From contig OZ024741.1 of assembly GCA_964016885.1 (NCBI GenBank), positions 325,934,001 to 325,998,000 of the forward strand: a stretch of 64,000 nucleotides of DNA, given 5' to 3'. The DNA is from Eledone cirrhosa. Lineage: Eukaryota. Below are positions 26,643 to 42,033 of the stretch, piece by piece. How positions within the stretch are numbered: the stretch's first letter is position 1; every line of letters starts with the position of its first letter. Made by a program: the position numbers and the translations under genes. Under the pieces are notes generated by a model. It saw only the letters and a list, made by a program, of their open reading frames with translations, had not been told where the DNA came from and did no database searches.

Positions 26643-27444
26643 TTCATTCTTTCTCCTCTACTGCAAGCTAATTCTACTATGGATGCCGTAGTCTTGCTTC
26701 TACCATATGCTATAAATAACATTTCTATGTTTACATTTTAGCTGTGGGCTTACTTCGCAAACTAAACACGTTTTATTAGTGCTTACGTTTCCTAAAAGGT
26801 ACGCTCCAGAAAAACCCCACAGGGACTAGAAATGAACGTCATGGAGGGCATCCAGCAAATAGCCAACTCAATCCACCTCAGTATTGAAGTAATAATAGAC
26901 TCACTAGATAAACATTCCTACCACAAACTACCTGCTGTAGACAAAGAAACTAGGAACAACAATGTCTGACTGTACTTGTGTGTATAGACAAAACGCGCTC
27001 ACACTCACCCCCCCCCTATCTCTCTTTCACACACACACATATATATAAGAATATGTGTGTATATATAGATACATCATCGTGTGTGTATACGATTACACAT
27101 ACCAACACCCACTCCAAATTAATAACGCTTGCATTATATACACAAAAACTAATAAATATATACGCCTACGCACTTATACGTACATGGATACTTACATACC
27201 TATATACATACATGCACATATACATACATTCATACATACATACATTACATACACACATAAATACACAACGTCGTATTAATATAGAAGATATACATGTGAA
27301 AATATTATCATGCCATAAAAACAATAGTAACAACAATAACACCAAGAAAAATATCCAAAACAATAAGAATAACATCAACAACAATAACAACTACAGCAAC
27401 GGAAGTACACGTACGCACACACGATTAGTGATTGCACAATTGAA

Positions 27445-27565
27445 AAAATTACTACAAAATGGCGACGAAAAATGAGATTTCGTAACAGCTTATTTAATAT
27501 ATTTAAGGAATTTTTTCCCCGTGGCACCGGAAGTAACACCCGGGAACATGGATGTCGTAGTGACT
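27445..27565. promoter_or_regulatory. Possible housekeeping-type promoter motif cluster
   Basis: ACTACA overlapping YY1-like CAAAATGGCG (27451-27464) and ETS-like ACCGGAAGT (27526-27534) in a CpG-retaining unique patch. Confidence 0.3.
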
Positions 27566-27708
27566 TTTGTTTCTTACAGCATAAAAATAATTGAGTTTGC
27601 AGATCAATAAATCATTTATTAGATTTATTATAGAAGCAATATGTACATTTATACATATGTATGTATGTACTTATGTATGTATGTATGTAAGTCATATATA
27701 TATATGCA

Positions 27709-27779
<71 letters not shown>

Positions 27780-27874
27780 TATGATATTAGATATTCATTC
27801 ATTATACGAAATAAAATCAAAATGAATTACTCATCATCAAAGCAGATTGCATTTACTTAATCATATTTCGAATC

Positions 27875-27958
<84 letters not shown>

Positions 27959-28424
27959 TGCATATGTATATATATATATATTACAAATACACACACATAC
28001 ACACACTCATGTATAATGTTCATAGTTATATGTATGTGTATATCCATATATAGGTATCCTCATTTGTAGGTTTGTATATTATAGTGAATTTGACAGACAA
28101 AAAACGGACAGATAGCTAAAGCAATTATTTGATATGCAGAATCGTCTATATAATATTTAATTCATACACATATCTGTGCATATATGCTTATGAATATTTA
28201 ATTGTTAATAGGTTTTATACGTACATTCATACACATACGTAATACATACATGCATACATAAGTACATAAATACATATATTAATGCATTTATAAACACACA
28301 CACACATATATAAATATTTGTGCATATATATATATAAATACATATATTCATATATAATCTATTTATTAATCTATCTATCTATCTATCCATCCATCTCTCT
28401 CTCACTCTCTCTCTTTCTACCCCC

Positions 28425-28528
<104 letters not shown>

Positions 28529-28599
28529 GGAAAAGAATGAAACGAAATTTCATTTCTCACTCTTAGTACGGCTGATATCTAAATATGTACGTATACATA

Positions 28600-28645
<46 letters not shown>

Positions 28646-29231
28646 CAGACACATATATATACATGTGTGTGTGAAGGTGTGTGTATATATGTACGTATAT
28701 ATGTATGTATGTATGTATGTTTGTATGTATGCATGTATGTATGTATATATATGTATGTATGTATGCGTGTATATATAAATCAAATGTAATGAAACGTATG
28801 GAAAATGGGGCGAAACATGAACAAATAACAACGTACTGTGATCTTCAGTCGTCTCTTTAATCTCGTTGTGGCACGCTGCATTAAATTAGTGCTCACTACT
28901 TTCAACCCATAAATGAGAATTGCCCACCTAAATCTATATAATTACCATTTATTAAATTATTATTAGCTAGGTGGAAATCATTTGGCAGAGAACATTAGAT
29001 CCCCATCCAATATATTTCGTCTGTATTTATGTAATTAGTAGTATGTTTCTGTTTAGTATTTGTTTTGAAGATCGCGTAGAACAAGAGAAATGTCTAACAG
29101 AATCTAGAAGCACCTCTCTATTATCCATTTTAAGTGAAAATCATGCTTGGCTTATCTTTGCTATAGATCCTTCTAGCTTTGAGTAAATAAATATGAATCA
29201 ATAGTTATGATCTTCTATTTATGTTCTGTGA

Positions 29232-29345
29232 AGGTGCGTGGCACAATGGTTAGAGAATTGGATTCGCAATTGGATTTGCAGTTCGATTCCCAAACCGAGC
29301 AATGCGTTATGTCCTTGAGGAAGACACTTTATTTCACGTTGCTCT
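29232..29345 (+). mobile_element. 5' part of a second tRNA-derived SINE family
   Basis: A-box TGGCACAATGG and B-box GTTCGATTCC, followed by tgtccttgag..aagacacttt. Confidence 0.7.
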
Positions 29346-30883
29346 TTCTTCCAGGAGTTGCGATCGGTTGATAGTATCAGCAATGGAAAAAGCAATAAAA
29401 AATGTTTCTTTGGTCTGATTTGGCGAGGTTCCCCGGACTTGGTAAGTAAACGAGATCAGGGATCTTATCGATCATTTTTCATTTATGTTAGAAGCCATTA
29501 TTTTTTTAAAATCCATAGACCAGTGACCGAATAATGCTGGGAACTTTAGAAAACCTTCTTAGACTGATTATGTTGATGTAGGTATGGTTCTGTAATGGCT
29601 ACGTTAGTAACCTATTCCCTGTACAGAAATGTTGGACAGAGAAGGTAAAATGATGCTTTTCTAAAAATCAAAGATTGAGTCATTTATTCAATGAGAAGTC
29701 CATCGCATCAAGGCAGTTTGAAGAAATGAGTAAGTTTGTTTTTAAAGATAAATCTTTTGGGGGTAAGTCAAGGCAAAAAGAACGATCAAGGTGTTTATAT
29801 GCAGGTTTGGTAGTCTAATCCAAAATGAAATAACGAGGAATATGTTTACACATACATTCGTTGGCTTGAGTCTGTAAGAATGAATACAGAAGGTGTTTAC
29901 AGATAGATTTGATACGGCAAGTCGACGCGAAGGAATAAGCAAATTATCTAGAGATACATGCGTTTGTTTAAGGCAGTCATGGGCAAACTGCGGCCGTTCG
30001 GCTTTCAAAATTACCTTGAAACTTTTAGCAGTGTGGTCCGCCTTGTAATGAGCCACATTCTATGCGGCCCATTGCTCGAAAAAGGTTCTCCATGACAGGT
30101 TTAAGGCATAAAGGAGAGAGAATACAAAAGGTGTTTAGAGAGAGGTTTGTTAATCTAATTCAGGATGATGGTATAAACGAAATGATTAGAGACAAAGTTC
30201 TTGGTTATGTCAACAGGAATGAATAAGCAAGTGATTAGAGATATCTTTTCTGGATTAAGTCAACAAGAAGGAATGAGGGAAGTGTTTAGAGATAGAGTTC
30301 TTGGATTAAGTCAACACGAAGGAAAAGGTGAATTGATTAGAAACAGATTGGTGGGGGTTAGGCCGTAAGAAGTACAGAGAAAACAAAAGCAAGTGTGTCG
30401 AGTGAGCTAAGGCTGGCGGTTATCAGCTTGCTAATTCACAGGAGTAAAATCAATGGTGGTGATGATAGCGCTTGTGGTTGTGGTAGAAATAATGATGATT
30501 ATGATTATAATGCTGGTGGTGTAATTCATAAATGTGGATATGTCGGTTCAATCTAAGAATTGTTAATTAATTAAAATATATTGAATAATTTAAATCGGTG
30601 AAGTTTTTCAATCTTCGGAATTAATTCTTGCATGGAAAATACATTATCAAAATACAAACAGTTTTCATATATGAGTGCCGTGATCATTCACCCACACACA
30701 TATATAGGCACACAAAAATACACTCTCACACGCACATACATATATAGGGACACAAAACTCACACACGCATACACATAGAGATACGCACACATATACTTAC
30801 ACACATATACACTCACACAAACACCTACACTCTCACACACATACATACAGACTTAGACATAAATGTAGTACATATAATTATGT

Positions 30884-30915
<32 letters not shown>

Positions 30916-31243
30916 CAAATATAAATTCAGCGAGAATCGCATTTCGGCGGGTAGAAAAAGCGAAACGAGACGCAAAATCATAGTTATGTTGGCAAGCGCT
31001 CTATAGTTAAAAAAACCAGAGCTAAACATAGGTTAAAACGCCAAACAAACTGAAAAAGTTGTCAAGGCATTAACCACCTAATCCAAAGACAGATAGATAG
31101 ATAGATATATGTATACATATGCGTTTTTACGTGTTTCTGGTGCATACGAATATAACTCAGCTAAGTTCCCAGGCGGTGCGTGGACACAGGGAACTTATAC
31201 AAAAATATATCCACGCATCGCCTGGGAACTTAGCTGAGAGTTG

Positions 31244-31323
31244 ACTTCCTGGTGACGAAGGTATTCTCCATGTTCCATTCGGAAACCATGTTTATTCCCT
31301 TTCAGAAACTAATTAGTTGGAGT
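31244..31323 (+). ncRNA. Hammerhead copy with a core mutation (CTGGTGA)
   Basis: Same fold as 31771-31851. Confidence 0.65.
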
Positions 31324-31770
31324 GAAATTTTAGTAAGTAAGTTAATTTTTATAATTTTCTTATTTTACGTCTTTCATATAATTGTTCTGCACCCCCTTGC
31401 ATTGAACCACAAAGTTACTAAGACAAAACCTATATATTTGCTAGCATAGGTATGCATCTGTATATATATGTTGGTAGATATACTAATTCTTTATAATTAT
31501 CTCCAAATTATTTTATTGAGCAAAAATTTGGCAAAACTACTACTATAGTTCATAGTAATAGTCCGGCTATTGTCTTCTTAACACCCCACTCCTCACTGAT
31601 TAACCTCGATGTCACGTGATTGATTCTTTTGAATTTGCCACCGACCAAGTAGGCAGTGATTTTTTCAATGTCTTGGAATTTAGTCCTCGCTTGCTTTTTT
31701 CCATCCACTGAATTATTTTTGTATAAGTTCCCTGTGTCCACGCATCGCCTGGGAACTTAGTTGAGAATTG

Positions 31771-31851
31771 ACTTCCTGATGACGAAAGGTATTCTCCATG
31801 TTCCACTCGGAAACCATGTTTATTCTCTTTCAGAAACTAATTAGTTGGAGT
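31771..31851 (+). ncRNA. Type I hammerhead ribozyme
   Basis: acttc-CTGATGA-c-gaaag...ctttc-a-GAAA-CTAATTAG-TT-ggagt. Palindromic stem III AACTAATTAGTT. Confidence 0.8.
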
Positions 31852-31916
31852 GAAATTTTAGTAAGTTAATTTTTATAATTTTCTTATTTTACGTATTTAC
31901 GTATATATATATATAT

Positions 31917-32607
31917 TTCGTTTCTGAATTTGTTTAGCAAGATTCTTTATCTGAAATCGTGTGTTGAAACTGATATTGTTATACTTTGGGAGGGTCATGT
32001 TGCCAATAAGAAACACACGCACCAGTTGCTTTCACTTCAATTTATTATATATTTATAAATTTATAAATTTATAAATTTACAAATCTACAAATTTACAAAC
32101 TTATAAATTTCTGGTTGGTTGGTTGGTTCCACAACCAGATAGTTGTTTATATATATAGTCATAGTCCTTTCGTCACACACTCTGTGACCTCTTCAGTGAC
32201 TGGGGATTCCTTTCTTCGTTTCTGTGCCTTTCCTTTCTTCTATCCTACGCCATTTTGTTTCTGTGTGTGTGTTGTGTGATCAGTTTGCGCATGCGCCACA
32301 TCCTGGTGTCTGTGTGTGTTTGTGTTCATTTTTTTTATTTTTATTTATTTATTTATTTTTATTTTTTTTTATTTTTATTTTTTTTTTATTTTTATTATTT
32401 TTATTTTTTTATTTTAGAAAGGACTATGACTATATATATAAACAACTATCTGGTTGTGGAACCAACCAACCAACCAGAAATTTATAAGTTTGTAAATTTG
32501 TAGATTTGTAAATTTATAAATTTATAAATTTATAAATATATAATAAATTGAAGTGAAAGCAACTGGTGCGTGTGTTTCTTATTGGCAACATAACCCTCCC
32601 AAAGTAT

Positions 32608-32613
<6 letters not shown>
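31917..32613. mobile_element. Head-to-head inverted Penelope-type terminal fragments (arms 31973-32171 and 32417-32613)
   Basis: Near-identical inverted arms. The same family terminus (ATGACCCTCCCAAAGTATAAC) also occurs at ~22875, ~24710, ~25695 and ~51010. Confidence 0.8.
32157..32201 (-). ncRNA. Minimal type I hammerhead ribozyme
   Basis: Minus strand: agtca-CTGAAGA-g-gtcaca-gagtg-tgtgac-GAAA-GGAC-TA-tgact. Confidence 0.8.
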
Positions 32614-32646
<33 letters not shown>

Positions 32647-32652
<6 letters not shown>

Positions 32653-33192
32653 ATTAATAAATGGAAACTATATTTATAAAACCGTATTTATTTCATTATA
32701 TATATTTCAAGGATACCAAGTTACATTATGGTATGCCTTCATCAGACAAAATACAATATATAACAGTTTTATAAATAGACATTGACGTACCCCTTTTAAA
32801 AATTGACCGTTGTTTTTGGAGGCCATCAGGATAGTGATTTGTTTACTTTAGTAAGTCATAGTGTTAAGAGTAAGTAAAAAGATGGAGAGATAGAGAAAAA
32901 CGTGGAGAAGAAGAGAAAGGGAAAGATAGATAAAGAAAAAGAAGAAAGCAAAAAGAAAAGAGAACAGAGGAAAAATAACGGAGAGATATCAAAACAAATC
33001 ACTATCCTGATGGCCTCCAAAAACAACGGTCAATTTTTAAAAGGGGTACGTCAATGTCTATTTATAAAACTGTTATATATTGTATTTTGTCTGATGAAGG
33101 CATACCATAATGTAACTTGGTATCCTTGAAATATATATAATGAAATAAATATGGTTTTATAAATATAGTTTCCATTTATTAATATTGTATAT
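32647..33192. mobile_element. Head-to-head inverted repeat (arms 32647-32844 and 32992-33192), each arm carrying a hammerhead
   Basis: The arms are ~99% complementary. The minus-strand HHR is at 32689-32753. Confidence 0.85.
33083..33147 (+). ncRNA. Type I hammerhead ribozyme
   Basis: tattttgt-CTGATGA-aggcatacca-taatgtaact-tggtatcct-t-GAAA-TATATA-TA-atgaaata. Confidence 0.75.
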
Positions 33193-33274
33193 CTACTCTA
33201 AATATTTGTCGAGTGCTTTATATCAGTTATAATAATATTTGCTTGTTGTATCCCAACAATTTAAATAGAACTTT

Positions 33275-33325
<51 letters not shown>

Positions 33326-33353
33326 TATATATATATACATAAACATATGTATA

Positions 33354-33420
<67 letters not shown>

Positions 33421-33425
<5 letters not shown>

Positions 33426-33879
33426 AACCAGTAAGACCCCGACAGCTGAGCTCAAGCCGTTTCGACGGCTAATTCTGTTGAAAGTCGGGCACTTAAGCCT
33501 TATGAAAATCACTTCCTTTTCTCCGTGAACAGATCCAGTTGGAACCCTCTTTTGGTTAACTTTTGGTTAACTTTAGGCCTTTGATCTTTCTTGTCTCAGA
33601 AATCGAAAGCTGTTGCTTGAGATCATAAATAGATTTGTCTAAAACCCTCTTGTTCCGACCTCTATACCAACGAGAAACTTCCCATGAGTTGTTGGCTAGA
33701 CTGTAATATTTTTCAGTCTCGTAAACGGCGACTTCATTTATTCTGCTTTAATTAGCCGTCGAAACGGCTTGAGCTCAGCTGTCGGGGTCTTACTGGTTCC
33801 TATTACCCACTCTACTACCTCAAGTATTGAGTACTTTGGTGCATTATGGTCCACCTGGTTCCTTACCACATTTCCTTCG

Positions 33880-33881
<2 letters not shown>
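33421..33881. mobile_element. GGGGTC-family foldback fragment (arms 33421-33474 and 33750-33803)
   Basis: Perfect inverted arms containing the 3' half of an HHR. Flanked by (TA)n. Confidence 0.75.
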
Positions 33882-33928
<47 letters not shown>

Positions 33929-33985
33929 TATACCTATATATATATTATATTATATATATGTATATGTATATATATAATATATAAC

Positions 33986-34048
<63 letters not shown>

Positions 34049-34538
34049 ATATGTATACGTCAGACAAATGTTTGAAATAGGGAGGGAGCATAATTGAGTG
34101 TTATCTGTAAGGTTGAAAATGTTTGAAAGGTGTTGTCAATCATAGGATGGTATTTTTATGAAATATATGTTCTTTTATAACATAGATTGAAATAGTAGAA
34201 ATATTTCCGTATCTATGTTTTACCACTCATACACGCGCATACACACACGTGCACAAGTACACTCACGCGTATATATATATTTACACACATATATATATAT
34301 ATAAATGTATATATACATGTATATATATATATGTATATATATAAATATATGTATATATATATATGTACGGCAACACGCATCTTTTTCCATTTCTCCGAGG
34401 GTTATAAACCCCACTATCAGGCTAGAAATTTCTTTAGTCAAAAATACGGTGAAAGGTTATAATTTCTAATTTCTAATTTCAAACTCGCGCACCGTTTCAA
34501 AAACATACTTACATGTTTACGTTTATAATTTGCTTGTT

Positions 34539-34592
<54 letters not shown>

Positions 34593-34786
34593 GATACATC
34601 TACCAAGAGTATACGGTAGTGTCCAATCCGTATGAAGAACTCAATGTAATCCGGATATCATGGAAAGAAGAGATGCAATGAAATATCACTTTCGGTGAAA
34701 GATAAACGGAATACAGAGTCAAGATAAAATATTAAAAAAGTAATGAATAAAACAATGAAACAGTTCCTTATATTAAACAAAAAAAG

Positions 34787-34940
34787 TTCATTATTTAACG
34801 ATCGTTTCTAGGATATATATGTGTTAGAATTGGCATGCATATTCAACAGATCTATGTACAAAATTATACAAAATTATACAAACTATCAAAATTAAATATA
34901 CATACCAACACATATATATGCCGTCTTCAGAAATAATGAA
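34787..34940 (-). ncRNA. Hammerhead with a 115-nt stem II region (left arm copy)
   Basis: Reverse complement of 43912-44065. Confidence 0.8.
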
Positions 34941-35585
34941 ATATATTTATTGATAATAATAACAATTCAAAATTACATGTCTGTTTGGGAACAGAGTTCA
35001 AATTGACCAATGAAAATACAAAAAGTTTATACAGTTAGGTGTGTGTATATATGTAATTAACTTCGTTCACAGATATGTATAAAGATATATGTTCACATGC
35101 ATACGCATGCCAAAAAGATGTATGTAAATACAAAAATTCAAGGCTAATGTCTCTGTATGTTTATAATCTACAGATAAAATACGTATAAAAACAAATATAC
35201 ACACACATTCATATACTCACACATATACGTACATTCACACACACACGCGCGTATACGCATAAACATACACACAACCACGAACATACATACACACACACCC
35301 CCACACACATATATATGTGTATATACTATTATCATAAGCATATGGACATTAATGCGCGCACATAAACACTGCCACACATATTTAGATCCAGATACAGAAA
35401 GTAGGTGGGGGGGGGGGGAGAGGTCAGTATTTAGCGGTGTCAGCAAGCTGCCTATTTATAAATGTATCTATAAATTTAGAAATAAAAATAAAATAAAAAT
35501 AAAAAAGAAATATATCAAGAAAATATATATATATATATATATATATAAAACAAGCAAAATATAAAATATACATCGATATACATAC

Positions 35586-35624
<39 letters not shown>

Positions 35625-35847
35625 TATACATACATATACATACACATATACATAAACACATACATACACATACATATACATACACACACCATATAAATAC
35701 ACATACACATACACACACGCATACATATAGAGACACATATATATACACATATAAATACATAGACATATACACACATACAGACATATATATATATATACAC
35801 ACATACACGCATACATATATATATATATATATACACATACATTCACA

Positions 35848-35932
<85 letters not shown>

Positions 35933-36033
35933 TATATATATATTAATATACACACACATACACATATATACACATATCTAGACACATATATGAACACACT
36001 CATGTATATACGCACATACACATACATACCCAC

Positions 36034-36162
<129 letters not shown>

Positions 36163-36252
36163 CACACATATATATATATACACACACATACATACACACA
36201 CATACACATACACATATATAAAGATATATATACACACATACACACACATACA

Positions 36253-36303
<51 letters not shown>

Positions 36304-36826
36304 TACTCACACACACATACACACATACATATACGCATATATACACATACATACACATCCATGTATGCGTATATACATACAAACAGCACCACACGCTCAC
36401 ACAACTCAGACATACATAAATAAAGGGATATACATACACATATATACAAATATAAATAGAGATACATATACACATATAAATATATACACACGTACACACG
36501 CAAACACACATACATATATATACACACACATACACATATACACATACATACATATACATATATATATACATATATATACACGTATATACATATATACATA
36601 CATACATATACACATATATATACATATATATAAAAAAATAAAGAAATAAAATAAATAAATAAATAAATTAATTAATACACTCAGTCAGACAAATATGCAC
36701 ACACATACACATACATATATATATATATACACATACACACACATATATATACCCATACATACATATACATATATACACATACATACATATATATATATAT
36801 ACACATACACACATCAACTACAAATA

Positions 36827-36860
<34 letters not shown>

Positions 36861-37047
36861 CATATATACACATATATATATATATATACACACACTCACA
36901 TATACATGCGCACATACGTACATATATACACATACACACATATACACATAGACATATACATGTGCATACATATACATACACTCATATACCCACATAAATA
37001 CATAGATACATATATATATACAGATACACATACTCACACATATATAT

Positions 37048-37088
<41 letters not shown>

Positions 37089-37756
37089 ATCATACACCCT
37101 TATTTACATGCGCACATATGTATTTTTATACTCACATACAAACACCCAAACATACATACCTACCTACATATACATACATACATCCACGTTTACAAATACA
37201 AATAATAATAGTAGGGGGGGAAGGGGGGTGGGAGGGGATTATAGTAAATATAGGTTTCAAGAAACATAGAATATTAATCTGCATTTAGATCATAATATGC
37301 GTTTACATAGTAGTTTCAGTATTAGGAAATGTAAGAAAGAAGGCAAAATTATGCATTTCAATATAAGTATACCATTAATTATAGGTTAACTAAATTAAAG
37401 ATAGTTAATATATTGATTTCTAAGGTGTATACTACTTAGGTTTATAATATTTGAAGCGGAATTTTGAAGTTAAATAGTAGTAGAGTATTAATTATAGTAT
37501 AACTAAATTAAAATTATTAACGTTATGGTATCAATATTAGGAAATGAATTTAGTAATAGGGAAAAAACAAATAAAGTATTACATCGGTAGTAGAATATAA
37601 ATTATAGGTTAACTAAATTAAAAATTATATATTAATTTTTATAGTATATGTTAATTAGGTTTATAATAATTAAAACAGATATTGTATTTTATCCATAGTA
37701 GAATATAATTATAGGTAAACAGAAATTAAAATTAATACATACACACATACATATAC

Positions 37757-37805
<49 letters not shown>

Positions 37806-38279
37806 TACATATACATATTTTTTCAAAAATTGCAAAGAATATATTAACTAGGTATACATCCAAAACCTATCTCAGTCTATGATTACATGACACTCTGCAA
37901 TCCATCTGTATTAGGATATTAATTTTAAGCCAATTAAATTAAGTTTTTAGGTTAACCAAATTTAAAACCAAATTATAAATATATTTCTAAAATGTACATT
38001 AATTAGGTCTATAATACTAAAAATTATTTCTCTGTCATTGAATACACGATATTTTGTTATGTTTTATCTGTAAAGGAATTATAATAAAAGGTTAAATAAA
38101 TTAAAATTAATCTATAAATTAATTTACGAAGTATATATTAGTAATATTTAAAAGTTTTTCACAATTTATGATTACACAATATTTTATAATCTCATCTGTA
38201 GTAGAATTTTAATTAAATTAAATTTATAGGTTAACTAACATTTAAATTAAAATATATATTAATTTCTAGAATAATGTTA

Positions 38280-40030
38280 TTAATTAGGTTTATAATATTT
38301 AAATGTTTTTCTTAGTTTATGATTACACGATATAATTAATTCCTGTCGTTTATTTAATAGGATATCCTTAGATTTCATTATTTCAAATAGTTCTTGGGAA
38401 CATAATCTACATTCATTTCTATTATTTTGATAAGGGGTGGCTCTTTTGAGCACACTCCAGGTCATATCATATTCTATATTCTTATTTTTATAACTATTGA
38501 TTTTTTCTGCTAGAGATGTTGTATTAGCCAGTGCGGCATTTTTAAAACTATGTTTGTGGGTATTAAACCTTGCCTTAAAATTGTTAGAAGTAGCTCCTAT
38601 ATATGAACAAATAGAATCTTTAGTTTTAACATTACATTTATAAACTATGTTGTTAACAAGACAATTTCCTTTTAATGGGCAGTTTGCTTTGTTTCTACAG
38701 TTACAACCTTTCGTTAATTCTGTATTTGAGGAGATATTATGGTTAGTTTGATGTATTGGTGGTATACTTATGGTATTCTTACATTTATATGCATTATAGG
38801 CACTTATATTTTGTTTTATGTTATTTGTTGTTGAGTATGAGAATTTAACTGTAGACCTATTTAAGATTTGATGGTATTTGTGGTTTGGCGGGAAGTTTTT
38901 CTCTAGGATATAAAACATTTTTTTAGCAATATTATCCTTAATTTGTAAATTAAATGGAGCATTATACCAAGTAACCCGTCTATTACGGTTTCTATGTTGT
39001 TTATTATTTTTATAGGTTGTATCGTGATGTTTACTAGTAGGATTAATGTTAATGATCTCACCACGCACATTTTTAGTTAGATTTGTAGATTTAGATGTTT
39101 TATCTTGTTTATTAGGAGTTTTATTATTAACATTTATTAGAGTTGTATGATGAGTAGTTTTTTGAGAGTTACTATACTTTATATTAGAAGAGTTGTTGGT
39201 ATTTTGGGGTATAGTGTGGGTGGCATTTAGGTGTGTACTTTTCATTTGGTGTTTGTTGGTAATATTAGGTTGTATGTTGATAGTATTTTTAGTAGAAGGT
39301 ATATATTCTAATCTATTTTTGTGGCCACTTCTATCTAGAGCTTCGTTATAGAAGGTCGCATTTTTATCAAATACATCTTGGTTAGAAGAAAGGTTAGAAA
39401 TTCTAAGTGATATATTATATGTAAGGTTTTTAAGGATAGATTTAGAGTGATTAGATTGTGAGTGTATGTAGTGTAAGTTTTGGTTGGGTTTATGGTAAGG
39501 TTGGTAGATACCCGTAGCTAAGTCTAAAGTTATATCTAGGAAATTTACTACTTTACTTGTTTTTTCAAAAGTAATATGAAGACTATAATAGTCTTTAAGG
39601 AAAGTTCTAATATGCTTTTTGTTTTTTTCTATTTCTGAAATGCTAAGGTTGTTGGAAAGAAGAAGACAGTCATCATGATATAAACCACCTTTAAGGTGAG
39701 GAAAGGAGGCATTTATGTTGAAAAGGAGAAAGAGGCCAACAAGATCAGTAATTTGGGCGGAATCGCTTGAACCCATAGTAATATCAAATAGATTACTATA
39801 TGTGTTTCTGGTCCAGTATTCATTCTGAAATTCAATAAGTGTTAGTCTAGCATGTGTAATAATATTAATGTCATCCAAAGTTAAGTTAGATCTATTTTTA
39901 GCAAATATCAATGCTTTGTTCAGGAGTATAGGTGATATAGAAGAATAGTAATTATCTATATCAAATTGTAGAAACGAAGCAGAAGATTTACATCTAATAT
40001 TTTTAAACCAGTTAATTACCTGGGAAGTGC
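38280..40030 (-). CDS. 5'-truncated Penelope RT-GIY-YIG polyprotein (open frame; the N-terminal ~20 aa of the listed ORF are an inversion artefact)
   Basis: QFDIDNYYSSI, ITMGSSDSA, GGLYHDD, VNFLDITLDL, WYNAP, CNCRNKANCPLKGNC, IVYKC..YIGAT..FKARFNTH, CRLC. Confidence 0.9.
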
Positions 40031-40550
40031 CTATAATGCATATAAATGTAAGAATACCATAGGTATACCACCAATACATCAAACTAACCATAATATCTCC
40101 TCAAATACAGAATTAACGAAAGGTTGTAACTGTAGAAACAAAGCAAACTGCCCATTAAAAGGAAATTGTCTTGTTAACAACATAGTTTATAAATGTAATG
40201 TTAAAACTAAAGATTCTATTTGTTCATATATAGGAGCTACTTCTAACAATTTTAAGGCAAGGTTTAATACCCACAAACATAGTTTTAAAAATGCCGCACT
40301 GGCTAATACAACATCTCTAGCAGAAAAAATCAATAGTTATAAAAATAAGAATATAGAATATGATATGACCTGGAGTGTGCTCAAAAGAGCCACCCCTTAT
40401 CAAAATAATAGAAATGAATGTAGATTATGTTCCCAAGAACTATTTGAAATAATGAAATCTAAGGATATCCTATTAAATAAACGACAGGAATTAATTATAT
40501 CGTGTAATCATAAACTAAGAAAAACATTTAAATATTATAAACCTAATTAA
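40025..40550 (+). pseudogene. Inverted duplicate of the GIY-YIG coding segment
   Basis: Reverse complement of 38280-38805, with the same C-terminal peptide. Confidence 0.9.
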
Positions 40551-41024
40551 TAACATTATTCTAGAAATTAATATATATTTTAATTTAAATGTTAGTTAAC
40601 CTATAAATTTAATTTAATTAAAATTCTACTACAGATGAGATTATAAAATATTGTGTAATCATAAATTGTGAAAAACTTTTAAATATTACTAATATATACT
40701 TCGTAAATTAATTTATAGATTAATTTTAATTTATTTAACCTTTTATTATAATTCCTTTACAGATAAAATATAACAAAATATCGTGTATTCAATGACAGAG
40801 AAATAATTTTTAGTATTATAGACCTAATTAATGTACATTTTAGAAATATATTTATAATTTGGTTTTAAATTTGGTTAACCTAAAAACTTAATTTAATTGG
40901 CTTAAAATTAATATCCTAATACAGATGGATTGCAGAGTGTCATGTAATCATAGACTGAGATAGGTTTTGGATGTATACCTAGTTAATATATTCTTTGCAA
41001 TTTTTGAAAAAATATGTATATGTA

Positions 41025-41073
<49 letters not shown>

Positions 41074-41741
41074 GTATATGTATGTGTGTATGTATTAATT
41101 TTAATTTCTGTTTACCTATAATTATATTCTACTATGGATAAAATACAATATCTGTTTTAATTATTATAAACCTAATTAACATATACTATAAAAATTAATA
41201 TATAATTTTTAATTTAGTTAACCTATAATTTATATTCTACTACCGATGTAATACTTTATTTGTTTTTTCCCTATTACTAAATTCATTTCCTAATATTGAT
41301 ACCATAACGTTAATAATTTTAATTTAGTTATACTATAATTAATACTCTACTACTATTTAACTTCAAAATTCCGCTTCAAATATTATAAACCTAAGTAGTA
41401 TACACCTTAGAAATCAATATATTAACTATCTTTAATTTAGTTAACCTATAATTAATGGTATACTTATATTGAAATGCATAATTTTGCCTTCTTTCTTACA
41501 TTTCCTAATACTGAAACTACTATGTAAACGCATATTATGATCTAAATGCAGATTAATATTCTATGTTTCTTGAAACCTATATTTACTATAATCCCCTCCC
41601 ACCCCCCTTCCCCCCCTACTATTATTATTTGTATTTGTAAACGTGGATGTATGTATGTATATGTAGGTAGGTATGTATGTTTGGGTGTTTGTATGTGAGT
41701 ATAAAAATACATATGTGCGCATGTAAATAAGGGTGTATGAT

Positions 41742-41812
<71 letters not shown>

Positions 41813-41999
41813 ATATATATGTGTGAGTATGTGTATCTGTATATATATATGTATCTATGTATTTATGTGGGTATATGAGTGTATGTATATGTATGCACAT
41901 GTATATGTCTATGTGTATATGTGTGTATGTGTATATATGTACGTATGTGCGCATGTATATGTGAGTGTGTGTATATATATATATATATGTGTATATATG

Positions 42000-42033
<34 letters not shown>

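Larger units (their letters stand above)
31156..31898 (+). mobile_element. Retrozyme-like family C, a 527-bp unit bounded by two hammerheads, with an inverted 5' piece (31156-31207)
   Basis: 31210-31370 is repeated at 31737-31893. HHR cores at 31249 and 31776. No coding potential. Confidence 0.8.

Noticed and set aside
28830-28856. Minus-strand CTGAAGA, plus isolated GAAAC halves near 24545 and 52385
   Set aside because: Only one half of the core is present and stems could not be closed.
40030-40091. N-terminus of the 603-aa ORF as a real start
   Set aside because: It reads through the inversion junction and is antisense of the duplicated arm.
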